NCBI RefSeq assembly: GCF_006345805.1
Contig: NC_043006.1
Span: forward strand, 11,780,001-11,844,000
Source: Octopus sinensis
Lineage: Eukaryota
Direction of reading: 5' to 3'
DNA: 64,000 bases
In this document: in pieces, positions 14,498 to 27,990 of the stretch
How the letters are laid out: the number at the start of each line of letters is the position of its first letter
Numbering within the stretch: position 1 is the stretch's first letter
The notes under the pieces: model-generated
The model's database searches: none
Told to the model about the DNA's origin: nothing
Seen by the model: the letters and a program-made list of their open reading frames with translations, nothing else
Translations under genes and position numbers: made by a program

Positions 14498-15329
14498 ACC
14501 AAACCAGCTGGAAAAAAGTTTTAACGAAATAGATTCACAAAAAACCTAAATTTCACTCCTAAGCTATTACGCACATACACACACACATATATGGATATGT
14601 TGCCGAAAGTATGGCAGTGTCTTAAGAATTTGCTTCGCAACTACATGGTTCCGACTCGAAATAAAGACAATGTTAGTCCATCGACTAAAACCTCCCATTC
14701 CATAAGAAGACCAATCTTTACACTATAACATAAAAGAAATAAGCAGCGCCCTAACAGTGACATTGCTTCTAAGAGCTGTGAGTCATATCAACTTCAATTG
14801 CTGACTGAGAGGTGAATAGAGTAAACTACATCAAGGATTGGACTTTAGTCATAATTATTGAACAACTCTACTGTGTATTTTTCGAAAAGCATAATTATGA
14901 AAAGTTCGTCACTTTATCACATGAATCAAGTATAAAAGATAAGCAAATATCGAGAGATTTTACCATCAATGTATCAACATATTCAAATATTCAATTACAT
15001 CAATAATATAAATAATGGAAACGGAACAGTTGGAGAATTAGGAAATATATTTAACAGTACGATGCCAATATAATATAAGATTACATTCAAAAGGACTACA
15101 TCAGACAAGAAGACTCGTTAATAATCAAAACGTAAATGGGTAATCCACTTCCTAGATTGAATTTGCATTCATTTATTTTCAGTCAATAATACATACATAA
15201 ATGCATACATACATACATACATACATACATACATACATACATACATACACATGTAAATGCATGCGAGCTACGAAAGGAGTAGTGTGTAAATGCGTCTCCC
15301 AAAATTGTATAACATCACCCTCCTAATGG

Positions 15330-16640
15330 TTATTATGAAACTGGCGATTGGAAAAATCATCTGAAAGAGATCTGATCATAGGCTTTCTGGTACACAAAGT
15401 CGAAGGTCTGCGGGGAAATTTTCATGACCCTGCTTCAAAAATAAATGGACAGTGAGATAGATACATCAGTTTGGCAGACAGTTGCAAGGACTACTCTTGT
15501 CCTCTAGAACAAAGGGATCCACTTGGCAAAAAAAATACAAACCCATAGCATGTTTGAATCTTATGCTCAAACTGTACATCGGTTGTTGGAATATGTCTCA
15601 AAGACCATTGCCATAGAAACAGTGTGACAACAAATGAAGAGGCAAGAGGAAAGAAAGGTGACTTAACAGTTCATGTACAAAGCAGTCTTAAAAGGAAGCC
15701 AAACAACATCACCGTAACCTCTTAACAATATAGCTAAGCTACACGATGTTCGACGCTGTTCCTTACTCAGGGATACTAGAATTCCTATACCTTACCAAAC
15801 TACCAGCTGCCACAGTTAATGCCGTTGAGAGACTGGTCACAGCATGGTCCTCAGAGTTATCACTGACAACAACTAAAGCCACAGCTTTGTTACAAACAGA
15901 ATTAGATTATCAACTGGTATATTCCAGGATGGTAATTTATCCGTAATGTTGTTTGTACTGACAGCGAACTCCTTGTCAGCCCTGTTAACGTCAAGGGATA
16001 ATTAGAACTTGTCACAACATTCTCGCCGGACGTAGGAATGACACTGGGGCAAAATAAATGCTCATAGATCAACCGAGGAAGGATTGTAGGCCAGACAGAG
16101 AACATATACATCAATGGCTTGCTAATCTCTCTTATCTCTGACGAGGAAAACTATGAGTAATTCGGATTCGATGAGGATGTTGCATACGTTGGTGCTAAAG
16201 TAGAACCAGAATAGCAAAAGAGTGTTTCTGCAGACTCCATAGAACACAGATGTATCTGAATTTAACAAGACCATGTCTCGCACCACTTTTGCAGTGCCAG
16301 TGCTAGTACTAACATTTGGGATATTGGACTATATAGTTGGCGAAATTCACCGCCTGAACATCAAAACTAAGCTTAGCTTCCACATCAACATCGACACCAA
16401 TATGTGAGACGAAGCGTTGGTAGGAGAGGCATGAAGTCAGTCAGTCCAGACAGCTTTTAAATGTAGCATTGTATCACACAGACAACAGCTGCTGAACAGT
16501 AAGGAAATATATGAGTTCATTATACGTATACTCAAAAGTGAAAGCAACATCTCCAGATTAGAGGAAGAACTCCTGAGCAGTCTGAGAGCAGAACCGTCTA
16601 ATGTGATCAAAAAGTGGGATATAACAAACATGATAAGTCA
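15330..16640 (+). mobile_element. Degenerate RLE-type non-LTR retrotransposon (Dong/R4-like) RT region
   Basis: Motif remnants in the expected order: KYKPIACLNLMLKLY, MFDAVPYSGILE, GIFQDGNLSVMLFVLTANSLS, TFSPDVGMTLGQNKC, FAVPVLVLTFGILD, RRSVGRRGMKS. Many stops. Probably extends upstream to ~14680. Confidence 0.82.
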
Positions 16641-16784
16641 TTTTTAAGTTAACTTTTTGGGTATTACATCCTTTTCAAGTAGGTAGTTATTTACTGAGAT
16701 TTTCCAGGTATAGACGGTTAGACAGTGTCTGCTATATGTACATATATATATATATATAATATATATAATTATATTATATATATA

Positions 16785-16825
<41 letters not shown>

Positions 16826-16952
16826 GTCTCATAATATTAGGGAGTATAATCCAAACTTACAGGAAAAATTCAATTTACTATTAACTCAACTTCACAGTAT
16901 AATATATAAGATATATTATGCATTAGAGATAAAACCACTATGATGCAACTCA

Positions 16953-17002
<50 letters not shown>

Positions 17003-17019
17003 ATATATAATATATATAT

Positions 17020-17051
<32 letters not shown>

Positions 17052-17082
17052 ATATATATAGATATATATATTATATTAATAT

Positions 17083-20000
17083 TATATATTATTTGTTATT
17101 TATATATTGGTTTAAGTTGTATCACTGTTTGAGTTGCATCATACTGGTTTTTTATCTCAATTCATATTTTATATTTTATAAATATATATATATATATTAA
17201 TTATGATATAATATGTTATATTATATTACATATATTATATAATATTATATTATATTGTGTTATATATTACATTATAGCTGAATTCATAAGTATAAAATAT
17301 CACGTCAAAATTGAAAAGCAACAAGAAGAGAAGCTAAACTTTATTATTCACACATATACAAAAAGGAAAAATAGAAATAACATCACGTAGCGAGGTAATC
17401 TAAAGATTTGTAGAAGCATATTTGCTATTGTCAGAATGAATCACCTTTAGTATGCTAATTGTTTTAAGTGAACAAAATATCACTTGAAATCCAAAATGCG
17501 GCAGAGGAATAGCAAAAAACAAGGACTACAAAAAAAAAGCAAAGAAATTATGGAAGAAATATATTTTCCAACACAACAGCCAATTCTTTACTGATCAAAA
17601 GCTGTCTGGAAAAGGACACTGAAGAAACGAATTTCCAAAATCAAACAAAATATTGATGGAAAATATGATTATGTGGAACCAGAGACCATAAATTGTGCCT
17701 TCGTGAATCATAGTCCAATCATATTTCCGTAATGTCCATAATATCGACAAATCAAAAGCAATCCTCAAGGTTGTATTGATTTCTATCATTAGTACATGGC
17801 CGCAAATTTGGTGGGAGGGCATAGCGATTAAATCGATTCTAGATTTTGACTGATAATTATTTTATCGACACGAGAAGGATGAAAGATAGTGTTAACCACC
17901 GTGGCATTTGAACTCATGAAGTAAAGAGACTGACTAAATACCACAAGGCATTTAGATCGTAGCTCTCCGGTTTCAGCCACCCCACCACTGTTTTCGTCAA
18001 ATTATTCTGAAATGAATGAAAGGGGCAGTTTTTATATGCGTTTGGATATTTCTCAAATAAATTTGGTAAAATGATCGAATGCGAAGAACTGGAAAGAAGA
18101 TTTCTTAAATCTTTGCGAATGAAAATATAAAAGATTTCTATGATTAATGGATTGGATTTATATCATTATTTTGAGAACGGTGACGGATTGGCAGAACCAT
18201 TAGGAAAATTCCTTGTAGTATATGCCCCAGTTCGTTACGTTCTGTGTTCAAATCTCATCGATGTTGAATGTGTTCTTAACTTTTCAGGGACGATAACAAA
18301 AAAATTAGTACCGGGATCGATACAATCGACAAGCTGTCGTCTGCTACAAAATTGCTGATTTTGTGCTTAAATTCGAAACAGTTATTTTGGAAATAAGTCG
18401 CGAAAACCCAAACTAATTTGAAATAAGGAACTGAGTCTTCCAACTGTCTTATGATGATACGAAATAAAATCGCGAAGCTACCATTTATATTAAACATTTT
18501 CACACATATGCATAAATCTACATATAGATATATACTATGTATGTATGTATGTATGTATGTATGTATGTATTATGTATGTATGTATGTATTATGTATGTAT
18601 GTATTATGTATGTTTGTATGCATGTATGTATGTTATGTAGTATGTTTGTATGCATGTATGTATGTATGTATGTGTGTATGTATGTTTGTATGTTATGTAT
18701 GTATGTATGTATGTATGTATATGTGTAGGTTTGTATGCTTTGTGTTATGTATGTCTTCTCATGCATATTATTGCATATCTAGACATGCTCATATATATTC
18801 TTTTCTACTCTAGACACAAATCTCGAAATTTTGAGGGAGGAGATCGAAACAGTACGCAACTGGTACTTAGTTTATGGATCCCGAAAGGATGAAAGCCAAA
18901 GTCGACCTGCGGCGAATTTGAACTCAGAACGTAAAGACAGACGAATACCGCAAAGCATTTCGCCCGGCGTGCTAACGTTCTGCCAGCTCACCGCCAAGCA
19001 TGGAGCCCTGGATCTAGGTTAGAAACCGGCTCTTTGTCTATTGTCAAAATCTGAAATAAAACTGAATAATGACGTNNNNNNNNNNNNNNNNNNNNNNNNN
19101 NNNNNNNNNNNNNNNNNNNNNNNNNNNNNNNNNNNNNNNNNNNNNNNNNNNNNNNNNNNNNNNNNNNNNNNNNNNTATATATATTATTTGTTATTTATAT
19201 ATTGGTTTATGTGTATCACTGTTGAGTTGCATCATACTGTTTATCTCCAATTCATATTTTATATTTTATATATATATATATTTTATTATGATATATATGT
19301 TATATTAATTTACATTATATTATATCATTATATTTTTGTGTTATTATATTACATTATAGCTGAATTCATAAGTGATATAAATATCACGTCAGAAAATTGA
19401 AAAGCAACAAGAAAGAGAAGCTAAACTTATTATTCACACATATACAAAAAGGAAAAAATAGAAATAACATCACGTAGCGAGGTAATCTAAAGATTTGTAG
19501 AAGGCATATGTTGCTATTGTCAGAATGAATCACCTTTAGTATGCTATATTGTTTTAAGTGAACAAAATATCACTTGAATCCAAAATGCGGCAGAGGAATA
19601 GCAGAAAACAAGGACTACAAAAAAAAAAGCAAAGAAAATTATGGAAGAAATATATTTCCAAAACAACAGGCAATTCTTTACTGATTCAAAAGCTGTCTGG
19701 AAAAGGAAGCACTGAAGAAACGGAATTTCCAAAATCAAACAAAAATATTGATGGAAAATATGATTATGTGGAACCAGAGACCATAAATTGTGCCTTCGTG
19801 AATCATAGTCCAATCATATTCCGTAATGTCCATAAATATCGACAAATCAAAAGCAATCCTCAAGGTTGTATTGATTTCTATCATTAGTACATGGCCGCAA
19901 ATTTGGTGGGAGGGCATAGCGATTAAATCGATTCTAGATTTTGACTGATAATTATTTTATCGACACGAGAAGGATGAAAGATAGTGTTAACCACCGTGGC

Positions 20001-21173
20001 ATTTGAACTCATGAAGTAAAGAGACTGACTAAATACCACAAGGCATTTAGATCGTAGCTCTCCGGTTTCAGCCACCCCACCACTGTTTTCGTCAAATTAT
20101 TCTGAAATGAATGAAAGGGGCAGTTTTTATATGCGTTTGGATATTTCTCAAATAAATTTGGTAAAATGATCGAATGCGAAGAACTGGAAAGAAGATTTCT
20201 TAAATCTTTGCGAATGAAAATATAAAAGATTTCTATGATTAATGGATTGGATTTATATCATTATTTTGAGAACGGTGACGGATTGGCAGAACCATTAGGA
20301 AAATTCCTTGTAGTATATGCCCCAGTTCGTTACGTTCTGTGTTCAAATCTCATCGATGTTGAATGTGTTCTTAACTTTTCAGGGACGATAACAAAAAAAT
20401 TAGTACCGGGATCGATACAATCGACAAGCTGTCGTCTGCTACAAAATTGCTGATTTTGTGCTTAAATTCGAAACAGTTATTTTGGAAATAAGTCGCGAAA
20501 ACCCAAACTAATTTGAAATAAGGAACTGAGTCTTCCAACTGTCTTATGATGATACGAATAAAATCGCGAAGCTACCATTTATATTAACATTTTCACACAT
20601 ATGCATAAATCTACATATAGATATATACTATGTATGTATGTATGTATGTATGTATGTATGTATTATGTATGTATGTATGTATTATGTATGTATGTATTAT
20701 GTATGTTTGTATGCATGTATGTATGTTATGTATGTATGTTTGTATGCATGTATGTATGTATGTATGTGTGTATGTATGTTTGTATGTTATGTATGTATGT
20801 ATGTATGTATGTATATGTGTAGGTTTGTATGCTTTGTGTTATGTATGTCTTCTCATGCATATTATTGCATATCTAGACATGCTCATATATATTCTTTTCT
20901 ACTCTAGACACAAATCTCGAAATTTTGAGGGAGGAGATCGAAACAGTACGCAACTGGTACTTAGTTTATGGATCCCGAAAGGATGAAAGCCAAAGTCGAC
21001 CTCGGCGGAATTTGAACTCAGAACGTAAAGACAGACGAAATACCGCAAAGCATTTCGCCCGGCGTGCTAACGTTTCTGCCAGCTCACCGCCAAGCATGGA
21101 GCCCTGGATCTAGGTTAGAAACCGGCTCTTTGTCTATTGTCAAAAATCTTGAAATAAAACTGAATAATGACGT
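17083..21173 (+). repeat. ~2-kb direct duplication either side of a 100-N gap
   Basis: 17083-19075 is nearly identical to 19176-21173. Differences are mostly 1-nt indels close to the contig ends. Gap at 19076-19175. Confidence 0.92.
20930..21092 (-). mobile_element. S1 SINE (duplicate copy at ~18835-18995)
   Basis: gaaaggatgaaagccaaagtcgacctcggcggaatttgaactcagaacg...gccagctcaccgcc. Confidence 0.8.
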
Positions 21174-21299
21174 ACATACATACATTTATACATAGATACA
21201 TAGATACATGCATACATACATACATACATACATATACATACATACATACATACATACATACATACATACATACATACATAAATACATACATACATACAT

Positions 21300-21636
21300 T
21301 GCTTATATCTATATGTAGATTTATGCTCATATATATTCAAATGATAAACTTCTGGAAAGTTTTATAGATTTTTATAGTTCCAGTGATGGATTGGATCTGT
21401 AGTCTTCGAATTAGTTTTCTCCGTTGTGGTTTTGAGAGGCCTAATTTCTCAAGATTGATATTGAGACAGTATGTTACTTATACCAGGATCCCAATAATTA
21501 CAGGTATAAACCTGAACTTGTAATTTGGATAAAGCAACTGCAGATTTCTCAATAGTTCAGCGTAGGTATTCTCTTTTTCGCTGATCTTCAGCTTTATGGT
21601 AACAACCACTGGTCAACTGATTTCCACAACTGTATG
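21300..21636 (-). mobile_element. 3' end of Dong/R4-like LINE (restriction-like endonuclease C-terminus)
   Basis: TVVEIS*PVVVTIKLKISEKENTYAELLRNLQLLYPNYKFRFIPVIIGIL...LIRRLQIQSITGTIKIYKTFQKFII*, followed by ATGT repeats. Confidence 0.8.
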
Positions 21637-21830
21637 TATGTATGTCTCTTCTGTTTTTTTAAAATTATTATAAATCTTCCACTGAGGAGGGAGTCGGTTT
21701 CCAACAAACATACAAGGCTAAATCTTTGGGATGAAGTTAACACAGGCAAATTCACATTTTGAAGTTGAGAAATGTTTTGCATATTTTTACTGTTCCAATC
21801 ACAGATTGGACTTGTAATGTAGGGGCCAGC
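21637..21830 (-). mobile_element. Second Dong/R4-like 3' end (different subfamily) with (CATA)n tail
   Basis: LQVQSVIGTVKICKTFLNFKM* followed by a 3'UTR (gttggaaaccgactcc) similar to the plus-strand UTR at 21092-21175 (gttagaaaccggctc). Both end in CATA repeats. Confidence 0.65.
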
Positions 21831-21977
21831 CGGTGAATTTCTCTTTCTGAAAGTCCTAGTTTATCTAGAATCACCTTTAAGCATTTAGTAGCAAAACCTA
21901 GTGATCCATGTATGTATGTTTACATGTATATATGTATGTATCTCCATCCATCCATCCATCAATCCGTACCTCCGTCC

Positions 21978-22056
<79 letters not shown>

Positions 22057-22283
22057 CATCGGTTCGGTAGAATAAAGAGGATAGACAGAAGTATATATAT
22101 AAATATATATCAAGGAGTACACACACACACCACACACACACACACCATATATAGTATATATATATATATAATATATAATAAATAATTAATTATATCAATT
22201 TAAAACCAGCAGCCTAGCATATACAAACATCTAGCATACAAAACATCTGACAAATCAGAGAAAAATTCTACTACATGTGTATA

Positions 22284-22399
22284 TTGAAGAGCAGAGCCGC
22301 TATGTGTCGCGTGCCGTATGCTAGAAGTAGATCACCTACAATCATCGGGGTGATCTACTTCTAGCATACGGCCGACCACATAGTGGCTCTGCCCTTCAA
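22284..22399. repeat. Hairpin palindrome
   Basis: Perfect 24-bp stem gccgtatgctagaagtagatcacc (22313-22336 with 22349-22372), 12-nt loop, imperfect extension to ~52 bp. Confidence 0.9.
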
Positions 22400-22419
22400 A
22401 ATATATATATATATATATC

Positions 22420-22467
<48 letters not shown>

Positions 22468-22477
22468 TATATTCTGT

Positions 22478-22680
22478 TGGGGAGAGCATTCTCTTTTGAT
22501 GCCTAACATACTCCCGGTAAAATTTCCACTTATTTCTCTTTTATTTTCTAAAATTTTCGTTGCGTCTTGCAACATTTTCAATAGTTTAACTATTTTACAA
22601 GAATAAATAAGCGAATGAGTGGAAAGTTTATCGGTGAGAGTGTTAAATTATAAGGCACCAAAAGAGAATGACTCTCCCTA
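22478..22680. repeat. Imperfect inverted repeat enclosing a hammerhead-like remnant
   Basis: gggagagcattctcttttgatgcc...tttccactt versus gagtggaaag...ggcaccaaaagagaatgactctccc. Confidence 0.7.
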
Positions 22681-25401
22681 GACACAATAGGAATATTGCT
22701 TCAACACACGAACTCACATAAAGAATCTTGCAAAACCAAATCCACAAACGAAATCTGTATAGTATAGTATATATATATTATATATATATATAATATATAT
22801 ATATATTATATATATATTATTATTATTATTATTATTATTATTATGTTTATTATTATATTATTATTATCTTCAAAGCAGACACTCAAATCTGGAGCCAGAT
22901 TAAGAAACGTCAGGTACAAAACTTTTTGCCTTTAAGTCATTTTGTAACTTTGCCGGTTTACACACACACACACGTATGCATGTATGTGTGTGTATGTGTG
23001 TGTATGTGTGTGTGTAGTGATATTGTGTTGATATCACGTATATCGCGCCACAAGTATTTACTTACATACACATACAACGTGTTGATTTAATTAATTTTCT
23101 GCTGCTTTTAAATTATTTTGTAAATAATCAATAGATGATCTGAAATATTTTCTTAACAATATTCAGTCATTCTTCGCACAAAGTATTTAAATTTAGCTAT
23201 GTTTATTTATCATATTGTTTACACAGTTGTTAATTGCGAATATATGCATGCAACAGCAGAGCCTATTTACTTACGTACAATAATCTTCGCAGAAAATAAA
23301 TGCATTATTCATATACACGATGTAGCTGTTTAATTATAAGAATTCTAGTCGATTTTTATCAACTATCGATATTTAACACAACCAGTTAACGGGACGAATG
23401 GAATCCCTGGCGAATGATTCCATTCACAGCAATGCGCCACAAAGATTTTTAACTTAGCGAACGAAAAGACACAAATTCATTGCTATAGAATTAGCACGGT
23501 GTTTGATCGTTCGTTGATACTTATAAAAGAAAGAGAACAATGGAAATAGCGAAAGTTCCATCTTATCTGTAATAACGTCAGATTGCTCTCGAAATATATT
23601 CCAGAAATATCTCCAGCGAATGAAGAATCCAAATTAACATCGGCAGAACAATGAGCGCGGATGAAAAGCAAAAATATTTTTTCAAAAGAATGAAAGAAGT
23701 GTGGGAGAGATAGTGAAAAGTCAGAAATGGGGTTTGTAGGAGATATTAGAGAGAAAAGGAGAGCAACTGAGGATGGGGTTGAGGATGATTTGAGAGAAAA
23801 TAGAGAGAAAGAGAGTTACTGTGCTACTGGCAACTACGTTTCGTTTCGATTTTCTAACGCCTTCAGCAGTGGGCGTTTTAATTTCCGACGAAAGCGCTCT
23901 CTTATCAGTACTTTCTATCATTCCTATAACCGCCCGTTTCATGTAAATGGATAGCGAAATTGTTTGGTTTATCGATAATCGTTTTATTATTTATTTTATT
24001 GGACTCTGCAATAATTTCATTCAATTGTTTCTTTCAATAACTTATTTGCGTAATTTCTGTAAAAATACACGTCTATGAAGAGAGACAATATTGCTTTAGA
24101 CAAACTGACGGAGGAGACGTGAATGCAGCAAAATCCAAACCAAATTATGTCAATGCTTCGGACTAGCAGTAATGGACATGGAATATTAACAACTCCGTTA
24201 CTAATGACATCTGACAAAATTACTTAACTCCTCTCACATTCATTATTCCACGATATTAAATTAATACGCCACGTGTGTTTGCGTATGTATTCGTGCATAT
24301 GTATGTATATGTGTGTGCATATGTATTTATGAACCTGTGTGCATGTGCGTGTGTGTGTGAGAGTGTGTATGTGTGCATGTGCGTGTGTGAGAGTGTGCAT
24401 GTATGCATGTGTGTGTGTGTGTGCATGCAATTTTAGACGAAGGGATAAGAAGTGTGTTTTGTAATCATTTTTGGCGTAACAGGTTCGGTTCTACTGAGTG
24501 GCATTCCGACAGGGAATATATTCTCTAGTATCGAGACGGTTCATATATTGAAGTATAATTGCATAGACAGAAAATAAACGCACGGTCATGAGTGGCTGAT
24601 GATTTTATCTGTAATTCGAAATGTAGTGCTTATCAAATATTTCTTGTCAGATTGATTCTGCCTCAGACGTTAAAGGAACAGTGTTTGTTACATGGTTAGA
24701 AACATAGGTTAACTAGTGAGCAGAAAATTCAGTTGATGGAACAGAGATAAATCTTCCTCAACAAAACCAACGAAGAACCATGGCTACATCCATCCAGCCA
24801 ACCATCCATCCATCCATCCATCCATCCATCCATCTATCTATCAATCCATCCAGGCAACAGCCATCATTTCATCCATCTATCTATTCATCCATCCACCCAA
24901 TCATCCACGGTTATCCACCACGTATCCGTTCAACTAATGTTATATTAAAGCATGTTTGAAAATATCAGGGGCAGACTTACTGATAGTGTAAGTATATTCT
25001 GAGGGTAGAATCCTATCCTTTGTCAAGTTCAAGTTGATTGGACTTCAAATTTCGTCCACCGACTTGCCTATACATACATACATACATACATAAATACATA
25101 CCTACATTACATACATACATACTCACAACATGCATACGATATTATGTAAATTATATATATATGATATATATATTATATATATATATATATATACTCTCTT
25201 TACTCTTTTACTCTTTTACTTGTTTCAGTCATTTGACTGCGGCCCATGTTGGAGCACCGCCTTTAATCGAGCAACTCGACCCGGGACTTATTCTTTGTAA
25301 GCCAGTAACTTATTCTATCGGTTCTCTTTTGCCGAACCGCTAAGTAACGGACATAAACACACCAGCATCGTTGTCAAGCAATGCTAGGTGGATATATATA
25401 T

Positions 25402-25463
<62 letters not shown>

Positions 25464-25596
25464 CTCATATACATATAATAATAAAGGGTAAAATTAATTA
25501 ATCAATTAATAATTTTACCAAGTAGTTCGGTATGTTAAAAGAACCATTATCGGTAAAACCTATACAAAAATTCTATAATTATGAGCATAATATATA

Positions 25597-25641
<45 letters not shown>

Positions 25642-25721
25642 GGATGATTTTATTAAAATACCATCACGAGGGGCAAGTGAATTATCAGCCGTACAGGCAA
25701 ATTATTATATACATATAATAT

Positions 25722-26108
25722 AAGATATATACATATTTAAACAAGGGCACTACATGAGTACTTATATCGCTAAAGATAGAGGTAAAAATAATACTCCTGT
25801 GCTACCGAATAATCACAAATCTATTACAGACATGAGAGGAAAATTATCAATGAACAGTACTAACGTCTTACCTATGCTGGATCAGCAGAAGCAAATGCTG
25901 TCTAACTTGGTACTGGTTTCGAAATTTAGCGCCAAATCGGTGCCTGATTTCTCATCAGCCAAAGTCTGCTAGATAACTGATATTGTTTCCTATCATGTCT
26001 GTAATAGATTTGTGACTATTCGGTGGTACAGAAGTATTTTTTGACTTCTACCTTTAGCATTATAAGTACTCATGTAGTACCCTTGTGTATATATGTACAT
26101 ATCTAATA
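25722..26108. repeat. Inverted repeat (~130-bp arms) around a hammerhead motif
   Basis: acaagggcactacatgagtacttata...cacaaatctattacagacatga versus tcatgtctgtaatagatttgtg...tataagtactcatgtagtacccttgt. Confidence 0.85.
25904..25966 (-). ncRNA. Minimal type-I hammerhead ribozyme motif (canonical core)
   Basis: Minus strand reads gactttgg-CTGATGA-gaaat(caggcaccgatttggcgctaa)atttc-GAAA-c-ca-g-TA-ccaagtt. Stem I ttgg/ccaa, stem II gaaat/atttc, very short stem III, GUA triplet. Confidence 0.7.
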
Positions 26109-26146
26109 TTTTATGCATATATTTCACACATATATATATATATATA

Positions 26147-26215
<69 letters not shown>

Positions 26216-26216
26216 T

Positions 26217-26269
<53 letters not shown>

Positions 26270-26799
26270 TAATATATATATATATGCATACATATGAAAT
26301 AAGATTTGAAAATGTAAGCTTTGTATAAGCTTTGTTGTGTTAAGTACTGGTTATCACAAAAGTGTTAAAATACAGTCATACATCCTTTGATAATGATAAG
26401 AAAATGTTAAAAATAGTTTACAAGGAAGTATTCAAGAAACTATTCGAGAACGGGACTAGAATAAGTATTTTGAGTTCAATAAAAATCATGTTTGTTTTTG
26501 TTAGTATATATATATACTACCAAAATATAGTATATATATATACTACCAAAATATACTCCTGTATACAGGAGATATATTTAAGAATTTACAAAAAATTGGA
26601 GTGTAGTAACTGACCTCTCTGCCTGAAATTTTCTGTCTTGTATGAAGCTAAGGAACGTTTGCTATTTTAAGGGATAGTGTGGGAGGTTGGTTGAGGGAGG
26701 AAGGAACGGCAATGTGGAATCAAAAGGATCATTTTGTTTCTGGGCTAGTCTGTCATGGTTCAGTGGTTTTGGGACTGGTCTTGGAAGTCACAATGGTGT

Positions 26800-27990
26800 A
26801 AGTGTGTGTGTGTCCCTGTGCAGGACTCTATGTGAGTGGTGTGTGTCCCCGTGCACGACTCTGTGTGTGTGTGTGTATATATATGTGCTTGTGTTTGTGT
26901 GTGTGGGCCGTTTTTGATTGGTCCCAGTGTTTATTGTGATTTGTGTATATGGGTCTGTGTGTGTTTTATATTTGGTAAGATGGTGTGTGTATATGTATAT
27001 GTGTGCACGTTTGTGTGTGTGTGTGTGTGTGTGATTAGTATTTGTCAGGGTTTTGTGTGTGCGCATGTGTGTGTATGTGTTTGTTCACGTGTATGTGCGT
27101 GTGCGTGTGCGTCTGTGTCTGTGTGTGTATGTTCGTGTGTTTTGCGTTGGTGGGGATGTTACGTGTGTACGTGAGTGTGTTCTTGTCTGAGCATATTTGT
27201 GTTGTTATAATTGTCCTGGTGATGTGTGTGTGAGCAACCGTATGTCTGTGTGAGGGTGCATATGTATGTGTGTGTGTGTGTGTGCGTGTACATTCTGTGC
27301 ATGTTGGTGGTACTGAGTATGCGTTTATGTGTGTTTGTGTGTATATATGTGGGTATGGTTTATGTAGTTTCGAAGTGTGTGTGCTGTATTTGTAAGTGGT
27401 TTGTTTTGTTTGTATTGTTAGTGCAGTGTGTGTGTATACGTGTGGGTGTGTTTGTGTGAGTGTGTCTATGTGTCTTGTATTTGTCGGGGAGGTGTGTGTG
27501 CATGCGTGTGTGTATGTCTGTGTGTTTGTGTGAGTGTTTGTTGGGATTGTATTGTGTGTGTTTTTTTCTTTTGAGTGTGTGCGTGATTTTTACTGGGAAA
27601 CAGGCATATTGTGTTTGCGTGTGGGGGTTGCATAGTATTTGCGTGTTTGTATGTGTATGTGTGGGTGTGTTTGTGTGAGTGTGATTTGTAATAGTCAGGA
27701 TAGTGTGTGTAGGTGTGTGCATGTACGTGTTTACGTATGTGTGTATGTGTGTGAGATTGTGGATTATGGTTGCGAGAATGTACTGCAAGTGTATATATGC
27801 ATGTGTTTTTCTTGGAATGTGTGTGCGTTTGTGCTCAAGTGTGGGGATATTGTGCTTGTGCGTGTGTGTATATGTATGTGTGTGTGTTTGGGTGGGAGGT
27901 TTGCATGGTATTTGTGTTTGTGTGATTTGTACATCTGTATGTATTGTTGTGTGTGTTGGTTGTGGTTGTGTACCTGGGGGCTATGTTAGT
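26800..27990. repeat. 1.2-kb degenerate TG-rich low-complexity tract
   Basis: Cryptic (TG)n with strong strand bias, immediately 3' of the Penelope ORF. Confidence 0.85.
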
